Assembly: GCA_963762585.1 (NCBI GenBank)
Contig: CAVXLF010000008.1
Span: 80,010-144,009, forward strand
Origin: an uncultured Verrucomicrobiae bacterium
GTDB lineage: Bacteria > Verrucomicrobiota > Verrucomicrobiia > Limisphaerales > UBA11358
Reading direction: 5' to 3'
DNA length: 64,000 nucleotides
Shown: positions 52,712 to 61,977 of the stretch, in pieces
How the letters are laid out: each line of letters begins with the position of its first letter
Position numbering within the stretch: position 1 is the stretch's first letter
Program-made: the position numbers and the translations under genes
Notes under the pieces: model-generated
The model's input: the letters and a program-made list of their open reading frames with translations, nothing else
Told to the model about the DNA's origin: nothing
The model's database searches: none

Positions 52712-55681
52712 CTAGGGTGCAGTTTGCATCACACGGTAGAAGCACTGCGAATTGGTACCTACAGCGTTTGAGGTTGTTGTCACAGCACTGTTGGCGAGGA
52801 TCGGGCTGCCCAGGTTGACCCAGTTTGTGGAAGCCAAATTGGTCACGGATTGCAGTTGATAAGTCTGCCCACCAACCGTGTTCCAACTGAGGGTGACCGT
52901 GCCATTGGCCAGCCGGACCGGGGTTCGAAAAGCCAGTGTCGGCATGAGCGAAGGCACGGTGAGCCGGAAAATGACGCCGTTGTTCATCGGGCCGCCATTT
53001 TGCGTGGTGCCGTACAAATTATCGTCCGTGCCTTCCACCAATACCGCCTCGGGATTTGCGCCATTGGTTCCGTTAAATGAAATCAAGATCGTCAGCGCAC
53101 CGTTGGTGGTGATTTGGAACACCGTGCCGTCATCATAGGTACCACCATACGCCGTCGTGCCATACAAATTGCCGTCGCCGCCCTGGATCAACCCGGCAGA
53201 GGGAAAGCTTCCATCGCTGCCGCCGGCGAATGAGTGAAGGGTGGCGAGAATACCATTGGTGGTGATTTTGAAGACCGTGCCGTCACTGAACTGGCCGGCG
53301 CCGGTGGTGGTGCCATACAAATTGCCGTCGCCAGCCTGGATCACTCCCGCATAAGGGAATCCCCCGTCAGAGCCGCCAGAGAACGAATAAAGGGTGGCAA
53401 GGGTGCCATTGGTGCTCATTTTAAACACAGTTCCGCTGCTGCTGGCGCCGCCCTCCGAGGTGGTGCCGTAGAGACTGCCGTCAACGCCCTGCACCAGCCG
53501 GGCTTCGGGAGAACCGCCATCCGCACCGCCGGTAAATGAGTACAGGTTGCTTACGGAGCCGTCGGGGGTGATTCTAAAGACCGTGCCCCAGCCGTTTGAG
53601 ACGCCACCCTCAAGGGTGGTGCCGTATAAATTGCCATCAACGCCTTGCATCAGCTCCGCATAGGGAAAACTGCCATCCGCCACCCCCGTGAACGAATGAA
53701 GAGCGCCAAATGTGCCGCCGGAAGTGATGCTGAAAATGGTTCCCCAGCCGCTGTTACCCCCCACCGAGGCCGTGCCGTACAAATTACCATCCGCTCCCAG
53801 CGCCAGCCCGGCCAACGGATAGCCGCCGTCGCCATCGCCGGTAAAGGCGTAAAGCGTGGCGGGCGTGCCGTTGGTGGTCAACTGGAAGATGGTGCCATAA
53901 CCGTTGGAACCACCATTTTGGGTTGTGCCGTAAAGAGTGCCGTTGGTATCCAGCATCAGCGCGTTGGGGCCGGCGCCGTCAGAGCCACCAGTGAATGAGT
54001 ACAGGTTGGTCAGGGTGATTTTTAGCAGCGTCAGAACCGCACCCGCGCTCGACGCATGTCCGAGGGCATTGCTGACAATGATAGCATACGTTCCCGCATT
54101 GACGGAAGAGGCATTGACAATGGTCAGGAGGGTGGTGGCGGTGCCGATGATATTGGTGGTGTCCGTAAGATTGGTTCCGTTAAGCTGCCACTGATAGAAC
54201 AGCGGAAAGTTTCCAACCGCCCCCGCCCGAAACGTCGCAGTTGCGCCGGACAGGACGGTGAGGTTCGTGGGCTGGACCGTGATGATGGGCGGGGAAGAAG
54301 TCACGGTCAGGAACGCGGGCGCGCTGGTGACCGCTCCCATGCTGTTGCTCACGATCACGGAGTAAAGCCCGGCATTGTCGGCGGTGACATTGGTGAAGGT
54401 CAACACCCGGGTGCTGCTCCCGAACAGATTGCCGGCGTCGGTCAGGTTGGTGCCGGATTCCTGCCACTGATAAGTCAGAGGAAAACTGCCAAACGTGGCA
54501 ACACTGAAATTCACCGTCTGGCCGAGGAACGCCGTCTGGGGCCTGGGCTGGCGGGTGATTTGCAGCGTTTGATTGGTAATGGTCAGCACATAGGTCTCAC
54601 CATAAGTACTGGCGCCACCAAACGCCGTCGTGCCGTACAAATTGCCATTCGTGCCTTGTACGGGCGCAGCCAGAGGATAGCCCGTGACACCGGCAAACGT
54701 ACCCAGCGTGGTGAACGTGCCATCGGACGTGATGGAGAATACCGTGCCACTCCCGCTCGCACCGCCCTGCTCGGTTGTCCCATAAAGATTGCCGTCCAAA
54801 CCCAGTGTCAGTCCACCGTAAGGATTGGCCCCGTTCGAATTGTTGAACGAAAGCAGGTTCGTGAGCACGCCGTCCGGGGTCATTTTGAAAACACTACCAT
54901 TCCCATAAGTTCCACCAGCGGTCGTAGTGCCGTAAAAATTCCCGTCCACGTCCTGGACCAGGCCGCCCAGTTGAAACCCACCAGAAGACGGAAGCGAAAC
55001 CAGTGTCACCAGGCTGCCATTGGGAGTCATCCGAAAAATCGTGCCTTGGCTGTAGGCACCCCCTGCGGAACTGATGCCGTAGAAGTTGCCATCGATACCC
55101 TGGACCAAACCGGCATACGGGTTGGCGCCATTCACCTGATTGAACGATGCCAGGCTGGTCAGCGCTCCGGCCGGAGTCATTCTGAAAATGGTGCCGGCTC
55201 CAGAAGCCCCCCCGAGAGCGGTGGTGCCGTAAAAGTTGCCGTCCTGGCCCTGGACCAGCGCGCCCGTCGGCTCGCTGCCGCCGATGCCACTGACGGAGGC
55301 AAGCGTTGACAGCGCGCCGCCGGTTGTCATCCGGAACACCGTGCCCGCGGCGGTGGTGCCGTACAAGTTACCATCGCCACCCAATGTCAAACCGGAGATG
55401 GGATTGCCGCCATTGCCGCCGTTGAAGGAAACCAAAAAGGTCACCGTCCCGCCCGGGGTCATGCGGAAGACCGTGCCATAGTAAGTATACGCACCGCCTT
55501 GTTCCGTGGTCCCGTAGAAGTTGCCATCTCCAGCCGGCACGAGCGGCCCATACGGATATTCGCCCGAGGTGGTGGCACTGGTAAACGAATAGAGCGGAGA
55601 CAAGGTGAACGTCGCGTGCGCGGACAACAACGCAAGCGAACAAATCGCAACCGTCAAGGGGAGGAATCGAATCGGTTTCAT
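52712..55681 (-). CDS. secreted Gloeo_Verruco (GloVer) repeat protein with central Ig-like domains
   Basis: Start at 'MKPIRFLPLTVAICSLALLSAHA' preceded by AAGGAAAC. More than 15 repeats of the type 'G.NLYGTT..GG..G.GTVF+.T..G....L.SF'. Three Ig-like units '...PLTYQWQ..GTNLTD...'. Confidence 0.85.
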   Translation of the reverse strand: MKPIRFLPLTVAICSLALLSAHATFTLSPLYSFTSATTSGEYPYGPLVPAGDGNFYGTTEQGGAYTYYGTVFRMTPGGTVTFLVSFNGGNGGNPISGLTLGGDGNLYGTTAAGTVFRMTTGGALSTLASVSGIGGSEPTGALVQGQDGNFYGTTALGGASGAGTIFRMTPAGALTSLASFNQVNGANPYAGLVQGIDGNFYGISSAGGAYSQGTIFRMTPNGSLVTLVSLPSSGGFQLGGLVQDVDGNFYGTTTAGGTYGNGSVFKMTPDGVLTNLLSFNNSNGANPYGGLTLGLDGNLYGTTEQGGASGSGTVFSITSDGTFTTLGTFAGVTGYPLAAPVQGTNGNLYGTTAFGGASTYGETYVLTITNQTLQITRQPRPQTAFLGQTVNFSVATFGSFPLTYQWQESGTNLTDAGNLFGSSTRVLTFTNVTADNAGLYSVIVSNSMGAVTSAPAFLTVTSSPPIITVQPTNLTVLSGATATFRAGAVGNFPLFYQWQLNGTNLTDTTNIIGTATTLLTIVNASSVNAGTYAIIVSNALGHASSAGAVLTLLKITLTNLYSFTGGSDGAGPNALMLDTNGTLYGTTQNGGSNGYGTIFQLTTNGTPATLYAFTGDGDGGYPLAGLALGADGNLYGTASVGGNSGWGTIFSITSGGTFGALHSFTGVADGSFPYAELMQGVDGNLYGTTLEGGVSNGWGTVFRITPDGSVSNLYSFTGGADGGSPEARLVQGVDGSLYGTTSEGGASSSGTVFKMSTNGTLATLYSFSGGSDGGFPYAGVIQAGDGNLYGTTTGAGQFSDGTVFKITTNGILATLHSFAGGSDGSFPSAGLIQGGDGNLYGTTAYGGTYDDGTVFQITTNGALTILISFNGTNGANPEAVLVEGTDDNLYGTTQNGGPMNNGVIFRLTVPSLMPTLAFRTPVRLANGTVTLSWNTVGGQTYQLQSVTNLASTNWVNLGSPILANSAVTTTSNAVGTNSQCFYRVMQTAP

Positions 55682-55722
55682 GGTTTCCTTTTTGGCTTCA
55701 CTTTGCAGGTGTCCGGTTGAGG

Positions 55723-58700
55723 TTACGGCAGCGGCGGGCCGACCTTGAGGCGATAGAATTGCGCCCGGGCCATTGGTGCATTCGTGTCCGTCCATTGGAA
55801 GGACATCGGTGGTGAATTGGTGATGAACAAGGTGCTCCAGTCCACCAGGTTCGAGGACGCCTGCACCGCGTAATCCGGTCCCACCATGCTGTTCGTCACT
55901 CGCAGATTGAATTGGCCGTTGCTCCAGCCGGCCGGCTGCACGGTCGGCAACACCAGGGGATTGACCGTGATCGTAAAACTTCGCGTCGCGCTTAAACTGG
56001 GGCTGCCGTTGTCCGTTACTTTCAAAGTGACCGGATTGACGCTGTTTGCGTTTGTCACTCCCGGACGCCAGTTGAAGTTGGCATTGGTATTGTTGATTTG
56101 GGCCAGCGCGGCATTGGTCGGGCCGCTCAACAGACTGAAGGTCAGTGTTTGGGGTGGCGAATCGGTATCGGTCGCGGTGGCGGTGAGAGCCACCGTCTGA
56201 CCCACATTGACCGTCTGGTTGGCAATCGGCGCCAGCACCGGCGCGGTGTTGTTGATGATGGACGAGATATACACGTTGTCGAACATCGTGGTGCACAGCA
56301 CTCCGGCGCTATGTGCACACACGACCAGGCCCACATAAACGGTGGGAGCCATGGGAATGGTCATCGGGTTGTCTACCTCGGTCCAGGTGATGCCATCGGG
56401 CGACTGATAGGCCCGGAAAACGTTGTTCGTGCGTGTCAATCGCACCCAATAGGGCGCGGTGTAGGGCTCGGTGATCCCATCGGTATAGGAACTGGAGCCA
56501 GTATAGCCTCCGGTGGTGGTCCGCCAGATGAATTCGATTCCCTTTCCACTCGATGCCTCAACGTCCATGAGCGCAAGTTTGGATGTGGCACCGAGGGTTT
56601 CCCGGATCATCACGCCGCCCTTGGCGTTGGCGGACGTGTTTTGCACGCTGAGGACGCGGGCGCGGATTTCGCCGTCGCCGTTCATCGGAACATAAACGAA
56701 CTGGAAGGCATCGGCTTGGTACCAGATGTCGGCGCCGGAACCCATGACGGTAAACGGCCCGCCGCAGGACGAGGCACTGCCCGCCGCACCCACGGAGCCA
56801 ATGTCCCTGCTCGTGAAAGGAGTCGCCAGGTACGGCACCGTGGCGCCAACTTGCGGGGACGGCACGCTTTCCACACCCCCAACCGTCATCGTGACGACAT
56901 AATAATAAGTCTGACAGGTGCCGACGTTGGTGTCGGTATAAGCGGTGGCAACCAGATTGCTGGCGATGGTGGCATAAGGGCCACCGCTGACGAGCGCGCG
57001 TTTGACGTTGTAACCGGCCACTCCGGCGTGCGCGTTCCATTGCAACTGAACTTGAGAATTGACCACGGTGGCGGTCAAACCTGAGACGAACGCCGTTGGC
57101 GTTACGCTGGTCTGGCTGGAATTGGCGCTTTCACCAGTGATATTCACAGCTGACACCACAAAGTAATAAGGCGTGCCATTGGTCAGACCGGTGACAACGA
57201 AGTTGGGGGCGGTCACGTTCGCCACGTTCGTATAAGACCCGCCGCTGATGGTTGAGACTTTGACGTTGTAACTGACTGCGCCCGGCACAGCCGCCCAACT
57301 CAACGATACCTGCGTATCGCCCCCTATGGCCGTAAGGCCCGTTGGCGCAGCCGGCACGGGCGGAAAATGGGTCGTCGCGCTGACCTCGAGGGAATTCAAA
57401 CTCTCTCCATACGCGTTCACAGCGGTCACCACGTAGTAATAGGTGACCAGATTGCTGACGGCAGCATCATTGAAACCGTTGCCACCGGCATTCGCGGCAA
57501 TCACCGCATACGGCCCGCCACTGGTGGTTGCCCGCTTCACGTTGTATGTGAACGCGCCGGGGACCATGTCCCAACTGACCATCACCGGCCCATTGGTGCC
57601 GCCCACGGCGGCCACTCCCGTGGGAGCAGCCGGGGCCGGCAGGGTGGCGGCTTCGGTAATGGTGATGTTGGTCGAAGTCAAACCCGAGGAAGTCGCCGTG
57701 AGCACAATGGAGCCGGGCTGGTTGGTGGATTGGACAATGACCTCGGCCAGTCCGTTAAACACCATGCGCTGGCTCGCCTTGTCCGCTTCGTGCGAACTGG
57801 GATTGCCATTGCCCACGCCGATGATCGCGCCGCCGCTGATGGAAAAATTGATGTTATTGGCTGCCGTCGGCACCACGTTGCCCTGCGCGTCCAGCACTTC
57901 CACCGCCACCACCGATACATCCCGGCCATCCGCCAGAATCGTGCTCCGGTCCGGCACCAGCGCAATGGCGGCAGGCGTTCCGGTGGTCACCACGTTGTTG
58001 GTGATGACCGGCAAATTATTGTTATAGCCAACAGCCTGAAGCGTCCCTGCCGCGTAGGACACATTATCCCATTCGACATGACCCTGCGTGTTGAGCGTTT
58101 GCTTTCCCTGGCTGACGCCATTGACGAATAATTCCACCGCCTGGCAATTGCCATAGGCCCAGACAATGACGGTCCCACCCGGCGTGGTCCAATTCCAGTG
58201 CGGAAACACATGCAACACCGGCTTGAGCGTCCAGTTGGCTTGATAATAGTAGAACAAATCCTTCGGGAAACCGCACGTGTCCATGGCGCCGAAATGCGAG
58301 CTGATGCAAGGCCAGTTGTACGGCGTCGGTTCGCCCCGATAATCAAATCCCGTCCAATCGAACCCGCCGGAAGCCCACGGACGGGAGTAAAAAATCGGCC
58401 ACCAGGTTTCAGCCGACGCACCCCAACCCACCCCGCTGTTCTGGATGTCATAGGAGGCCACGTAACCGTTGACCGTGTCATTCGTATAGATGCCGCGCGT
58501 GGTCACCGTGGAACCTTGTTCCGTGCCAATGATGGGCGCGGTCGGGTTGCCCGGATGATAAGAGTCAAGATTGCCCGGAATGTTGTAGTTAAGACCTTGG
58601 ACGTCCAGCACGGCCGTAAAGCCAACTCCACCCAACGAGCCATTGATGGCGGCAGTGCACAACCGCGTGGTGTCCAATGAATGCACCAGGTTCTGCATCG

Positions 58701-60150
58701 CCTGCATGACGGTCTGTCCCGTCGAGGTGCTTTGGACCGTCCATTCCTCATTTGCCAGTGACCAGCAAAACACACTCGGATGATTCCGGTCGCGCAGCAC
58801 CATGCGCTGGAGCTGGCCCAATGATTCCGGGTCATCACCACACCGCCGGGTTTCATCCAACACCAGCATGCCCAGCCGGTCGCAGGCGTCCAGCAGCTCC
58901 GCCGTCGGCGCGTTATGCGAGGTGCGAATGGCGTTGCACCCCATCTCCTTCAGTTTCTCAATCCGAAAATATTGCAGCCGGTCCGGCAGCGCCGAACCCA
59001 CCCCCGCCATGTCCTGATGGTTGCATGTGCCCTGAATCTCCACGTGCTGCCCGTTGATGAACACTCCGTTGGTCGAATCAAATCGCACCGTCCGGATCCC
59101 AAACGGCGTCGTGTAAACATCCGCCGCAGCACTTTGGTTGGTCACGGTGGAAACCAGATTGTAAAGATACGGCGTGGCGGGTGACCACAGATTAGCCGCC
59201 ACGGTCACGGTCTGCGTCACCACCAGGTCCTGGCCCGCCGGCACGCTGATGGCTGAGGTGAGGTTCGTAACCGGGTTGTTGCTGGCGTCAAGAATTGTTG
59301 ACGTCAAACTGCCGGTCGCGATCGAACCGCTTTGATTGGTGACATCGGTCTGAACTGTAATGGTGGCATTGGAATCGGCCAGCGACGTGGTCGCCACGTA
59401 CGTTCCCCAGTGCGCCACGTGCACCGGATCGGTCTGCTCCAGCCACACGTGACGATAAATGCCCGCCCCTTCGTAAAACCATCCTTCCGACCGGCTCGCA
59501 TCCACCCGCACCACCAGCACGTTGGTTCCCCCTGCAATCACGTTGCCCGTCACGTCAAACGATATCGGCGCATACCCGCTGACGTCCCGCCCAATGCAAC
59601 GCCCGTTCAGCCAGATCAATGCGTTCCGATAGACCCCGTCAAATTCCAGCCACATCGTCTTGCCCGCATTCCCCGCCGGCACCGTGAACGTGTGCCGATA
59701 CCACGCAATCGAGTTCGTGCTGGTCCCGCCGTTGACCCCCGCCTTGTAGCCGTGGTTCTGAGCCATGTTTTGATCGAATGGCTGTTCCACCACCCAATCA
59801 TGCGGCAGATTGAGCTGCCGCCAGGCGCTGTCGTTGTAATTGGTCTGCACATACGACACATTCTCCCCCGCGTGCGTCGCCACCGGATCCGGCCGGGATG
59901 CCTCCAGCGTCACTTCGGCGGTGGCGTCCTGCAGCTTCGTCAGGTCCCCAATCTCGTTAAAGACCGTCACATTCGTCGTCACATCCACCGGATCTCCAAT
60001 CGAAAATGTCCAACCCGCGTCCAGCAGGTCCCGCTCACGCGCGCCCGCACTGGTCAGGCTGGCACCAGCCAAAAAACAAAAAAGGCTCAATTTCCCGAGC
60101 CATTTGATTGATTTGCCCATCAGCCAGGTTACCGGGTGTTTTTCTTGCAT
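55723..60150 (-). CDS. multidomain secreted GH2 glycosidase with Fn3 repeats, concanavalin-A-like (DUF1349-like) and cadherin-like domains
   Basis: GH2 core is paralogous to 33716..36613: 'GTCNHQDMAGVGSALPD', 'RTSHNAPTAELLDACDRLGMLVLDE', 'NHPSVFCWSLANEEW'. About four Fn3-like units 'P.AP.GL.A..G..QV.LSW..V.GA.SYNVKR'. 'YWVRLTRTNNVFRAYQSPDGITW'. 'DSPPQTLTFSLLSGP'. Confidence 0.85.
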   Translation of the reverse strand: MQEKHPVTWLMGKSIKWLGKLSLFCFLAGASLTSAGARERDLLDAGWTFSIGDPVDVTTNVTVFNEIGDLTKLQDATAEVTLEASRPDPVATHAGENVSYVQTNYNDSAWRQLNLPHDWVVEQPFDQNMAQNHGYKAGVNGGTSTNSIAWYRHTFTVPAGNAGKTMWLEFDGVYRNALIWLNGRCIGRDVSGYAPISFDVTGNVIAGGTNVLVVRVDASRSEGWFYEGAGIYRHVWLEQTDPVHVAHWGTYVATTSLADSNATITVQTDVTNQSGSIATGSLTSTILDASNNPVTNLTSAISVPAGQDLVVTQTVTVAANLWSPATPYLYNLVSTVTNQSAAADVYTTPFGIRTVRFDSTNGVFINGQHVEIQGTCNHQDMAGVGSALPDRLQYFRIEKLKEMGCNAIRTSHNAPTAELLDACDRLGMLVLDETRRCGDDPESLGQLQRMVLRDRNHPSVFCWSLANEEWTVQSTSTGQTVMQAMQNLVHSLDTTRLCTAAINGSLGGVGFTAVLDVQGLNYNIPGNLDSYHPGNPTAPIIGTEQGSTVTTRGIYTNDTVNGYVASYDIQNSGVGWGASAETWWPIFYSRPWASGGFDWTGFDYRGEPTPYNWPCISSHFGAMDTCGFPKDLFYYYQANWTLKPVLHVFPHWNWTTPGGTVIVWAYGNCQAVELFVNGVSQGKQTLNTQGHVEWDNVSYAAGTLQAVGYNNNLPVITNNVVTTGTPAAIALVPDRSTILADGRDVSVVAVEVLDAQGNVVPTAANNINFSISGGAIIGVGNGNPSSHEADKASQRMVFNGLAEVIVQSTNQPGSIVLTATSSGLTSTNITITEAATLPAPAAPTGVAAVGGTNGPVMVSWDMVPGAFTYNVKRATTSGGPYAVIAANAGGNGFNDAAVSNLVTYYYVVTAVNAYGESLNSLEVSATTHFPPVPAAPTGLTAIGGDTQVSLSWAAVPGAVSYNVKVSTISGGSYTNVANVTAPNFVVTGLTNGTPYYFVVSAVNITGESANSSQTSVTPTAFVSGLTATVVNSQVQLQWNAHAGVAGYNVKRALVSGGPYATIASNLVATAYTDTNVGTCQTYYYVVTMTVGGVESVPSPQVGATVPYLATPFTSRDIGSVGAAGSASSCGGPFTVMGSGADIWYQADAFQFVYVPMNGDGEIRARVLSVQNTSANAKGGVMIRETLGATSKLALMDVEASSGKGIEFIWRTTTGGYTGSSSYTDGITEPYTAPYWVRLTRTNNVFRAYQSPDGITWTEVDNPMTIPMAPTVYVGLVVCAHSAGVLCTTMFDNVYISSIINNTAPVLAPIANQTVNVGQTVALTATATDTDSPPQTLTFSLLSGPTNAALAQINNTNANFNWRPGVTNANSVNPVTLKVTDNGSPSLSATRSFTITVNPLVLPTVQPAGWSNGQFNLRVTNSMVGPDYAVQASSNLVDWSTLFITNSPPMSFQWTDTNAPMARAQFYRLKVGPPLP

Positions 60151-60654
60151 AGAATTTGCCTTTCGAGGATAAAATTAGCTGCCGGGCATAGGAGGTTTTA
60201 CAGAACAACGCAATATCTTAAGTGTTTCTTATCTCCAATCGCATTAAAAAAGTCAAGATGGATTTTCAGCATATGCTGGTTCAAACGGACAAAACAATAC
60301 GTTTGCCGAAGTGTATTGGGCTTCAGTTGACGTTGTCTCACATTCATAAACCGTCTTTGCTTCACCCCTTACTTAGGAAATATCCGCCCAAGGTTGCAAG
60401 AAAAGTAAAATAACCGTTAAATTCAATCCGGAGGGCCGCCAGTCTGGATTTCCTGACAGCGGGTCAGCAATCACCGCCGCTCTTCAAAAGTTCGGCGTCG
60501 GTTTCACACGTTACCGGTGGACTGCGATGGAACAGCCTCGGTTAAAAAATGATAAAACCATGACTGGAGACAACGTGTCATTGAGATGAGGGCGGGTTCA
60601 AAAACACTGCAGCCGGCAAGCTGATTTGGGTTAAGCGGATGGCGCGGCAGCATC

Positions 60655-60731
60655 CTGGACTGCGGCAGCCCACTGCCGCTATTTCTCCCGCAAGGCCGGC
60701 GACGCAAAGCGGCAGAGGGCTGCCGCAGTCC
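60655..60731. repeat. 25-bp inverted repeat element (REP-like or small structured RNA)
   Basis: Left arm 60655-60679 is 'TGGACTGCGGCAGCCCACTGCCGCT'. Right arm 60707-60731 'AGCGGCAGAGGGCTGCCGCAGTCCA' equals its reverse complement at 24 of 25 positions. Each arm is itself a GCGGCAG/CTGCCGC mini-palindrome. Confidence 0.6.
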
Positions 60732-60878
60732 AAAACCTCGCGGAATTTTGTGATCGGGCTTCCGCGTCAGGCGACAGCATTTATTTAAAATGCTCTTGAA
60801 CTCGTGAAAGGAGCAAATCCGACTTGATTCAGCTTCCACCGTACGGACAAGACATTTTTCGAGCACCTTATCCGAAGG

Positions 60879-60923
60879 AAAAAAGGCAGCCATTACGCGC
60901 CAATTGCGCTGTAAATGGCTGCC
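60879..60923 (-). terminator. Rho-independent terminator after the pseudopilin-like gene
   Basis: Minus strand: 'GGCAGCCATT' ... 'AATGGCTGCC' (10-bp perfect stem with an inner GCGC/GCGC stem) followed by 'TTTTTTCC'. It starts 18 nt after the stop at 60941. Confidence 0.75.
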
Positions 60924-60940
60924 GTTTGCAAAAACGAACC

Positions 60941-61849
60941 CTATTGCCGCGGCGTTGGCACGGAATTCTTATTCCAATAGAAAGACCAGAGATTATCCAG
61001 TCTGGTATATGCAGTATGACCATCTGCAAAGCCGACATTTATCCCTTCGGGCATCGGCCTTACCGAGTGGATCACAGCTGTGTGGCTGGACAAAGGAGGT
61101 CTATCGCCATGACGCATCATAAAGCACCGCCCCATACCATTGTAAGTAGGCGAATTATTCCCCGCCTGATTAGCCTCATCGTATGGAAACCACTGACCTT
61201 GATAATCCGGAACGCCGCCTTGAAATGGCCAAAGATCGGGCCAATAGGCATCCATAAATACCGGTGTTTTCGAAGGGTGAGGCACTGCGACCGTTGAGCC
61301 AAAGAAATTCGTTCCTGAGCCAGGTTGCAGCCAACTACCTGAGTTCGCGGCATTTTGCAAGGCACCGTTCCATTGGTAAAGCCATCCGTTCAAGCCGTAA
61401 CTGCCATTGGTAATGACTGGTGTGCTGGTCGTATCATTCGGGTTTGAGTAAACAGTCCAAGCCCAGGATGTATCTGCCTTGCCTTGGACGTTGTTGGGGG
61501 GAGTCGTATTCGGCGTTTTCAAGGCCACCGGGCACAAGCGAATGGCCGCATTATTTTGGTAGTGCAAAAGCGTGGTCAACCACAATTGGGCGGCACTCGT
61601 CCAAGCCATCTGGCCCTTGTTGTCATCTTGATACATGGTTGCCGCCACCGTCAGTTGTCTTTCATTACTGAGGCAGCGGGCACCCAAGGCCTTCAATCTC
61701 GCCTTGGACAAGGCCGGCAACAACATGGCCGCCAGAATGGCGATGATGGCAATCACCACCAGCAATTCTATGAGCGTGAAGCCGAAGCGCGTCCTGATCG
61801 GCCGGGGTTTGAATCGGGCTGTATGAGCAAGGATTTTATTTGTCGTCAT
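60941..61849 (-). CDS. type II secretion pseudopilin-like protein (prepilin N-terminal methylation motif plus DUF1559 / H-X9-DG)
   Basis: '[28 protein letters not shown]'. C-terminal '[19 protein letters not shown]'. Start taken at 'MTTNKILAH'. Confidence 0.85.
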   Translation of the reverse strand: MTTNKILAHTARFKPRPIRTRFGFTLIELLVVIAIIAILAAMLLPALSKARLKALGARCLSNERQLTVAATMYQDDNKGQMAWTSAAQLWLTTLLHYQNNAAIRLCPVALKTPNTTPPNNVQGKADTSWAWTVYSNPNDTTSTPVITNGSYGLNGWLYQWNGALQNAANSGSWLQPGSGTNFFGSTVAVPHPSKTPVFMDAYWPDLWPFQGGVPDYQGQWFPYDEANQAGNNSPTYNGMGRCFMMRHGDRPPLSSHTAVIHSVRPMPEGINVGFADGHTAYTRLDNLWSFYWNKNSVPTPRQ

Positions 61850-61887
61850 AATGTTAACCAAACTAACGGGAGTTGCGTTTGCATTCA

Positions 61888-61927
61888 ACAAAAAAATAAA
61901 ACAGGGTGGCGAGAACCGCCACCCTGT
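61888..61927 (-). terminator. Rho-independent terminator after the Ig-repeat protein gene
   Basis: Minus strand 'ACAGGGTGGCG GTTCT CGCCACCCTGT' (11-bp perfect stem) followed by 'TTTATTTTTTTGT'. Confidence 0.8.
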
Positions 61928-61977
61928 TGTGAATTAACTTTGATCTATTTTAACATGAGCTTCCGTTGCCGCACCCT

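Noticed and set aside
55682-56296. A 205-codon N-terminal extension of the GloVer ORF (52712..56296), overlapping the end of the GH2/Fn3 gene.
   Set aside because: The extension is His/Arg/Gln-rich nonsense lying out of frame over a well-supported CDS. 'MKPIRFLPLTVAICSLALLSAHA' at 55681, with an upstream AAGGAAAC, is a textbook signal-peptide start.
60504-60893. A 129-aa ORF in the gap between the pseudopilin gene and the GH2/Fn3 gene.
   Set aside because: It is kept open by the GC-rich inverted-repeat element (60655-60731) and overlaps the pseudopilin terminator hairpin. The translation ('GLRQPSAALRRRPCGRNSGSGLPQSRMLPRH') looks like translated repeat DNA, not protein.
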